From the NCBI GenBank assembly GCA_016712145.1, contig JADJRO010000001.1, positions 1,560,868-1,624,867 of the forward strand: 64,000 nucleotides of DNA. Direction: 5' to 3'. The position numbers and the translations under genes are program-made. Each line of letters begins with the position of its first letter. The first letter of the stretch is position 1. Under the pieces are notes generated by a model. The model had not been told where the DNA came from. It was given only the letters and a program-made list of their open reading frames with translations, and ran no database searches. The stretch comes from Saprospiraceae bacterium. GTDB taxonomy: Bacteria; Bacteroidota; Bacteroidia; Chitinophagales; Saprospiraceae. Shown here in pieces: positions 58,633 through 64,000 of this stretch.

Positions 58633-59535
58633 ATGAATACCAATTACGACTTTTTACGAGGCACTGGAGTTGCACTGATAACACCATTTACAAAAACTGG
58701 ACATGTAGATTATGATTCACTTAATCTTGTAATTAACCATTGCATACATGGAAGGGTAGATTATTTGGTGAGCATGGGCAGTACCGGAGAAGCAGCGACC
58801 TTAAGTTTTGATGAACGCTTGGAAGTGATCTACCACACGATTAGAATTTGCTATGGCCAGATCCCGATCCTTGCTGGGGTTGGTGGAAATAATACCGCAG
58901 AATTAATCCGGGAATGCAAACTTCTCAATCCTGAAGGACTTTCTGGCATTCTATCTAGCAGTCCAGCCTACAATAAACCAAGCCAGGAAGGGATCTACAG
59001 ACATTATATGGAATTGGCCGAACACTCCAATCTCCCCATTGTAATTTACAATGTTCCCGGACGAACCGCATCAAATATTAGTCCTGAAACCTGCCTCCGA
59101 TTGGCATTTGCTTCAGATAAATTTGCAGCTATCAAAGAAGCTTCCGGCGATTTGACACAAGCAACAAAAATTATAAAAGATAAACCGGCTCATTTTCAAG
59201 TTCTTTCTGGAGATGATCCTTTAGCCTTGGGTTTAATAGGAATTGGTGGAACCGGTGTGATTTCAGTAATCGCCAATATCTATCCTGGCATGTTTTCAAA
59301 TATCATCCGATATGCATTAAATGGTGATTTTACTAAAGCGCAGCAATTGAATTTAAAATTATTTGACTTGCATAAATGGCTTTATATCGATGGGAATCCA
59401 TCAGGAGTCAAGGCTGCCGCTTTCCATTTGGGTTTGTGTGAAAACAATTTGAGATTGCCGCTTGTCCCTATGAGTCAAACTAATTTTAATAAGCTGGTAG
59501 AGGAAATGAATCTAATTGGAACTGATTCCATTTAA
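58633..59535 (+). CDS. dapA: 4-hydroxy-tetrahydrodipicolinate synthase
   Basis: GTGVALITPF, GSTGEAATLS, IVIYNVPGRT and AIKEASGD (active-site Lys); 300 aa. Confidence 0.85.
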   Translation: MNTNYDFLRGTGVALITPFTKTGHVDYDSLNLVINHCIHGRVDYLVSMGSTGEAATLSFDERLEVIYHTIRICYGQIPILAGVGGNNTAELIRECKLLNPEGLSGILSSSPAYNKPSQEGIYRHYMELAEHSNLPIVIYNVPGRTASNISPETCLRLAFASDKFAAIKEASGDLTQATKIIKDKPAHFQVLSGDDPLALGLIGIGGTGVISVIANIYPGMFSNIIRYALNGDFTKAQQLNLKLFDLHKWLYIDGNPSGVKAAAFHLGLCENNLRLPLVPMSQTNFNKLVEEMNLIGTDSI

Positions 59536-59765
59536 TACTTTTTTTTAAGATAGCGGTTCTACGAATACACTTTAGACGAGGACTTTCGTTATTAAAAACT
59601 TCGATTTTACTGCTGTAAATACCTTGCTTAAAAAATGCTTCAAATAGGATTAGGGTTTTGGGCAGATTGCTTAAACTTAATAATTTCATAATTTAGTCTA
59701 AACCTTAGACTTACAATTTGCTGGTAGCTTTACAGGTAGATAGAATACACTAACAACCTGTAAAA

Positions 59766-60062
59766 ATGAAACTCATTGTAGATAGCACCCGTCATCAGGT
59801 AGTTAAGGATGAACAGATTATCCAGGATTTGACCCGAAAGGAATTTCAAATATTGAGTCTTTTGTGCAAAGATCCAGGTCGTGTATATACAAGAGAACAG
59901 ATTTATAAACAAATTTGGGACAACCCATTGGTATCGAATGATCGCACTGTTGATGTACACATAGTACAATTAAGAAAAAAAATAGATAAAAGCTTTATTA
60001 AATCAATTAAAGGAGTTGGATATAAAATTATATTGGAAACTCACGATGTTAATATGATTTGA
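59766..60062 (+). CDS. Stand-alone OmpR/PhoB-type winged-helix DNA-binding domain protein (no receiver domain)
   Basis: 98 aa with LTRKEFQILSLLCKDPGRVYTREQIYKQIWDNPLVSNDRTVDVHIVQLRKKI....IKSIKGVGYKI, which is a complete Trans_reg_C domain. Only 230 bp of stop-ridden sequence lie upstream. Confidence 0.7.
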   Translation: MKLIVDSTRHQVVKDEQIIQDLTRKEFQILSLLCKDPGRVYTREQIYKQIWDNPLVSNDRTVDVHIVQLRKKIDKSFIKSIKGVGYKIILETHDVNMI

Positions 60063-60077
60063 TTCGAATAAAAATTA

Positions 60078-60899
60078 TCAGAGGCTTAAAGACATTACCT
60101 CACTAAATGCTTTTGCTGGAGCTTCCTTAAAAATTAGATGCCGATTTAAATATTGGTATTCCATTTCATCATATTGATAGATTGACCAGGTTCCATCTTT
60201 ATATTCCAAGGCAGTTAAATTTTCCACCCAATCTCCGGAGTTTAAATAAGTTAATTTTCTATTCCCTAAATCAATGCTCTTCATCTTTGGAATATGAATA
60301 TGACCACAGATGACTACATCTGCATTTCTTGAACTAGCATACTGTGCTGCTGCATCCTCAAAATTTTGAATGAAATTTATAGCTTGTTTTAAACTGGATT
60401 TAATTCGATGTGCAAACGATACACGTTCTAATCCAAGTTTAAAACGGATGTTATTTAAAATTGTATTGATCCGAATCAAAGTATCATAACCAATTCCACC
60501 TATTTTAGCCAGAAATGGAGAAAATTGTACTGAAAAATCAAAAGCATCTCCATGAAAAAAGAAATGCCGTTTTCCATCCATTTCTAATAAAAGTTGGTCT
60601 CGAAAATAAATATTTCCGGAATAGAATGGTATAAATTTTCGTATAAACTCATCATGGTTACCAGATAAATAATAAACTTTAGTGCCTTGCATTGCCATTT
60701 TCATTATTTCATAAATAACCTGAATATGAATTGGTGGGAAATATTTTTTATTAAACTGCCAACCGTCAATAATATCACCATTTAAAATCAGTATTTCTGG
60801 CTTAATGGATTGCAAGTAATTTAATAATTCTCTAGCTTGACAACCAAATGTTCCCAGATGTACATCAGAAATTACCACAATACGAAGTGAACGTTCCAT
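60078..60899 (-). CDS. lpxH: UDP-2,3-diacylglucosamine diphosphatase-like metallophosphoesterase
   Basis: VVISDVHLGTFGC, LILNGDIIDGW, LSGNHDEF and ICGHIHIP are calcineurin-like motifs arranged as in LpxH. The lpxH name is tentative. Confidence 0.6.
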   Translation of the reverse strand: MERSLRIVVISDVHLGTFGCQARELLNYLQSIKPEILILNGDIIDGWQFNKKYFPPIHIQVIYEIMKMAMQGTKVYYLSGNHDEFIRKFIPFYSGNIYFRDQLLLEMDGKRHFFFHGDAFDFSVQFSPFLAKIGGIGYDTLIRINTILNNIRFKLGLERVSFAHRIKSSLKQAINFIQNFEDAAAQYASSRNADVVICGHIHIPKMKSIDLGNRKLTYLNSGDWVENLTALEYKDGTWSIYQYDEMEYQYLNRHLIFKEAPAKAFSEVMSLSL

Positions 60900-60918
60900 T
60901 TATTTTACAATATTAATT

Positions 60919-61938
60919 TCATTTCCTTCCATGTAATCCAGAACCGTTCAAGGCGATGTAAGTATCGTTCGTTCTGCTGTTACTTAATCCCATTTCATTT
61001 AACCAGGACCTGCCCTCAATGTTGCAATTACTGCAACTGTATAAATCTTGATTTTCTCTGTATAATAAGTGATCCAAAGAAGTTGCTACAATATCAACTT
61101 GCACCGGGCAGCTTCTGTAATCCTTACTAGTATATGGATTACAAGCATCATTCATGTTTCCACAATCAACAGTTTGAACCTTCACTTTTTTAATTCGATC
61201 GCTATATGCTATCCAAACTAACTGCCTTTCGCTTACAGAAAGTCCACCATGTGAAAACAGGTAACCTCCATGATCTGTAGTCAAAAGAATTAACCAATCC
61301 TCATTTTCATAATTTGGTCTACTATTAATAGCTTCAATAAAAGATCCAACTGCCTTATCAATTCGTTCAACAGCATTTACATAAAATGGATTATTCAAAC
61401 TGAATCCACTTATATGACCTATGCAATCCGCAGCACCTAAATAAATAAAACAAAAATCCAAATCCGTCTGTTTCAACCATTGCGATCCTTCTCGCTGGGT
61501 GCGTCCAGTTCTACCTAATTTGCCTTCAATTAACTCATCCCATTGCAATTGCTTGCATTGATTTGCTAATTTATCCCATTCCATATACATTCCAAATTTC
61601 AAATTTGGATTTATCCGTTTGCCCAAGGTATTGATCATAGGATACTTCGTATAACAAGCTCCATTAAATGAATTATCTAGAACTCCATGCTTGTCATGGT
61701 AAACACCACATAATATACTAGACCAGGATGGGCCAGAAATGGTGATATCCTGATGCCATGAATTATAGGTACCAAAACCATTGTTTGCCAAGTACTTAAT
61801 ATTCGGCGTATTTGCAAGAAATGCTACATCAGAACGAAGGCCATCGATGCCAATAAGCAACACCTTTCGTTCTGCCCCGTATAAACTAAATGTAATACAC
61901 GAGAATACAATTAAAATAATTAAAAATAAGTCACGCAT
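60919..61938 (-). CDS. Alkaline-phosphatase-superfamily nucleotide pyrophosphatase/phosphodiesterase-like protein
   Basis: Signal peptide, then VLLIGIDGLRSD, ISGPSWSSILCG, IGHISGF and LLTTDHGG, which are typical AP-superfamily metal and nucleophile motifs. Confidence 0.6.
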   Translation of the reverse strand: MRDLFLIILIVFSCITFSLYGAERKVLLIGIDGLRSDVAFLANTPNIKYLANNGFGTYNSWHQDITISGPSWSSILCGVYHDKHGVLDNSFNGACYTKYPMINTLGKRINPNLKFGMYMEWDKLANQCKQLQWDELIEGKLGRTGRTQREGSQWLKQTDLDFCFIYLGAADCIGHISGFSLNNPFYVNAVERIDKAVGSFIEAINSRPNYENEDWLILLTTDHGGYLFSHGGLSVSERQLVWIAYSDRIKKVKVQTVDCGNMNDACNPYTSKDYRSCPVQVDIVATSLDHLLYRENQDLYSCSNCNIEGRSWLNEMGLSNSRTNDTYIALNGSGLHGRK

Positions 61939-62176
61939 CGGAATTGGATTATAAGTACAAAATTAGCGTGACTAAAAAGGATTCAGCTAATAACGAGCAT
62001 TATCGAATTATTATTTATACATTAAAATAATATTAAATATGTCATTATGTTTTTTCCTATTGTAAAACTATTATTAAATTAATATTACTAAAATGTAAAC
62101 AAATAGATTCGCTTCATGCTACGCAATGGATTTCAAATCAAGCTTTCTATATTTGAGTTAATATTTCTAATATAAC

Positions 62177-63748
62177 ATGTCGCAAATAAATAGCCAAAAC
62201 GTTTATGTTTCGAATAAGGATTGCAAGCGACTCAAAATAAATCAAGATCAGGGTTTAATTATTTGTAACAAATCAATATCTGAAAAAAATATTAATTGGC
62301 TATTACAGACAATTAAAAGTCAGAACCCTGATCATGATATAAAATTATTTAAAACAACGAATGGTGAACCTGCCGTCGATTCAATTCCTGTTGATTCACT
62401 TTCCTCAAAGCCCATATCCCCAAATCCAACGATTACTGTTCTGCTGCTTGGTACCAATACCAAGGAACAAATCCTTGACTGGCTTAGTATTGTGAATATT
62501 GTAAAATCTGAAAATAACAAATTACAACAACTACTAGAATCTAAACCATCCATCGTTGTTTGCAATTTGATCACAGAAAACTCAAAAGTATTTAAACAAT
62601 TGTTAAAGACTGTGTTTAAATCTAATGAATTTTCAAATCCAAAAGAAACGGATTTTATAAAATATATATTAAGAGTCAGCCATTCAATTCAACATTCCGA
62701 ACTTAAATCTTTTGTTGGTATTTCTCAACTTAAAAGGTATTTAATAAGTAGACTTAAAATCTTGGAAACCGGGTCGAAAGAAAACAAACTGATCCAACTA
62801 AATAAATGGATTACAGGGAACACCATTCCACAAGAAATAATTAGCCCAATACCAACAAACGCATTATCTGATGAAATTAAATCTTTAAAAGTCGAACATT
62901 GTATTGCAAAATGGAATGAATTTGAACTTTACATTATAGATTTCAATAAGGCTCCCAATTGTATGTTAGAAATTGGTAGACTTCGCGAATTGACATTCAG
63001 AAATGCCAAAGAAGGCACTGGATTTGTTGTAGACCTGGATTCATATGATCCAATCTATAAACACTTGTTTGTATGGGATTCGACTAAATTGAAAATTGTC
63101 GGAGGATATCGCTTTGCTGAAGGCCACCAAATTATCCCAAATTTTGGTAAAAAGGGATTCTATATTTCAAGTCTGTTTAAAATTAAAACCGAATTCACTG
63201 AAACCCTTTTGCAAACTGTAGAACTTGGAAGATCTTTTATCATCCCTGAATATCAAAAGTCCAATTTCCTGTTGTTGCTAATGTGGAAAGCACTTTATCA
63301 ATACATTTTCAAAAACCCTAAAAATCGCTATATTATTGGACCAGTAAGCATAAGTCAGGAATATTCAAAAATTAGCCGACTTCTGATCATTGATTATTTA
63401 AGCAAATATTATAAACACACAGAATTCAGCTTGTTCTTTAAACCCCGTAAACCTTTTAAATTTGTAAATATTCGAGGAACTGAGAATATAATTATTCGGA
63501 ATTTTGAACAAGATATTCAAAAATTCGACCAACTTATTTCAGAAATACAAGCAGACGCCATTAAACTTCCCGTCTTGCTGAGGCAGTACCTTAAACAAAA
63601 TGCAAAAGTTCTTGCTTTTAACAAAGATCCTAAGTTTCAAAATGTTTTAGATGCGCTTTTGATATTAGATTATCAGGAGATCAATACTGAATTCAAACAT
63701 ATACTAGACAATACACTACAAACTGAAAACACAAAAAACATTACTTAA
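62177..63748 (+). CDS. GNAT-type N-acyltransferase (OlsB/GlsB 'putative hemolysin' family, aminolipid synthesis) with a ~250-aa N-terminal extension of unknown function
   Basis: The C-terminal half reads LEIGRLRELTFRNAKEGTGFVVDLDSYDPIYKHLFVWDSTKLKIVGGYRF...ELGRSFIIPEYQKS, matching the Acetyltransf_5/OlsB-like pattern. I recognise no motif in the N-terminal half. Confidence 0.55.
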   Translation: MSQINSQNVYVSNKDCKRLKINQDQGLIICNKSISEKNINWLLQTIKSQNPDHDIKLFKTTNGEPAVDSIPVDSLSSKPISPNPTITVLLLGTNTKEQILDWLSIVNIVKSENNKLQQLLESKPSIVVCNLITENSKVFKQLLKTVFKSNEFSNPKETDFIKYILRVSHSIQHSELKSFVGISQLKRYLISRLKILETGSKENKLIQLNKWITGNTIPQEIISPIPTNALSDEIKSLKVEHCIAKWNEFELYIIDFNKAPNCMLEIGRLRELTFRNAKEGTGFVVDLDSYDPIYKHLFVWDSTKLKIVGGYRFAEGHQIIPNFGKKGFYISSLFKIKTEFTETLLQTVELGRSFIIPEYQKSNFLLLLMWKALYQYIFKNPKNRYIIGPVSISQEYSKISRLLIIDYLSKYYKHTEFSLFFKPRKPFKFVNIRGTENIIIRNFEQDIQKFDQLISEIQADAIKLPVLLRQYLKQNAKVLAFNKDPKFQNVLDALLILDYQEINTEFKHILDNTLQTENTKNIT

Positions 63749-64000
63749 AATAACAAACTTCCATCCTAGCTGACAATTTTTTTACAATTTAAACTTGTAG
63801 TGAACGTCAAAAGATAAATTAAGACTTGATTCCACACAAAAAAATCAGGTAGAATCAACGCACTAATTTCGATAGGTACGAAATTCAAAAAGTGTTCAGT
63901 ATTTTAAGTTATTTTGGTTCGCAATAGAATTCCTATGACAATTTCTGATTAAATAGAAAAAAGAGGACCTAGCTATCTAGATCCTCTTTTTATAAAGACT

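Noticed and set aside
59486-59969. Minus-strand track ORFs 59486..59689 and 59730..59969.
   Set aside because: One overlaps the dapA 3' end. The other is antisense to the well-supported wHTH ORF. Both are low-complexity peptides without motifs.
63957-63992. Imperfect hairpin aagaggacctag-ctat-ctagatcctctt near the window end, a possible terminator.
   Set aside because: It lies about 210 nt downstream of the nearest stop codon and has one mismatch. Its orientation is ambiguous, with an A-run before and a T-run after. It may belong to a gene beyond the window, so I did not list it as a feature.

Overview
AT-rich chromosomal segment with a Bacteroidota signature: T9SS type-B C-terminal sorting domains, a TonB-dependent receptor with an HmuY-like lipoprotein, a TTTG/TAnnTTTG-type promoter, and no Shine-Dalgarno sequences.

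Content, left to right:
- The 5' part of a Tat-signal class-V aminotransferase.
- Two tandem adhesin paralogs of about 1,470-1,480 aa.
- Housekeeping genes: O-methyltransferase, BamA/TamA-like OMP, hemW, galE, uvrC, SPFH protein.
- A TonB receptor/HmuY-like pair with a divergent AraC regulator.
- A dispersed phenylacetate (paa) catabolic cluster (paaZ, paaJ, paaI, paaH-G-D-C-B-A-E). It is interrupted by an arsS/peroxidase-like pair, a YceI gene, two tandem small membrane-protein paralogs and a ParDE toxin-antitoxin insertion.
- M1 and M48 peptidases.
- A tRNA-Asp locus followed by tandem miniature GIY-YIG cassettes.
- A 9-kb co-directional envelope/redox cluster: YceI-like lipoprotein, beta-barrel, MMPL/RND exporter, cytochrome c, and an orphan NrfC/NrfD-like module.
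- accA, dapA, a stand-alone OmpR-type wHTH, an LpxH-like phosphoesterase, an AP-superfamily phosphodiesterase and an OlsB/GlsB-like N-acyltransferase.

Most noteworthy:
1. The tRNA-Asp locus. Two ~0.4-kb cassettes (terminator + ~90-aa GIY-YIG ORF) are each bounded by copies of the tRNA 3' half, and those copies carry 2 or 3 copies of a 29-bp palindrome-containing unit.
2. An NrfCD-type module with no catalytic subunit, preceded by a small ORF that mimics the leader region of the NrfC-like protein.
3. At least seven 1-nt reading-frame breaks located in A/T homopolymers, including conserved genes such as uvrC and paaE. This most likely reflects homopolymer sequencing error rather than biology.

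I found no CRISPR array, rRNA, transposase, integrase or recognisable multi-gene defence system.
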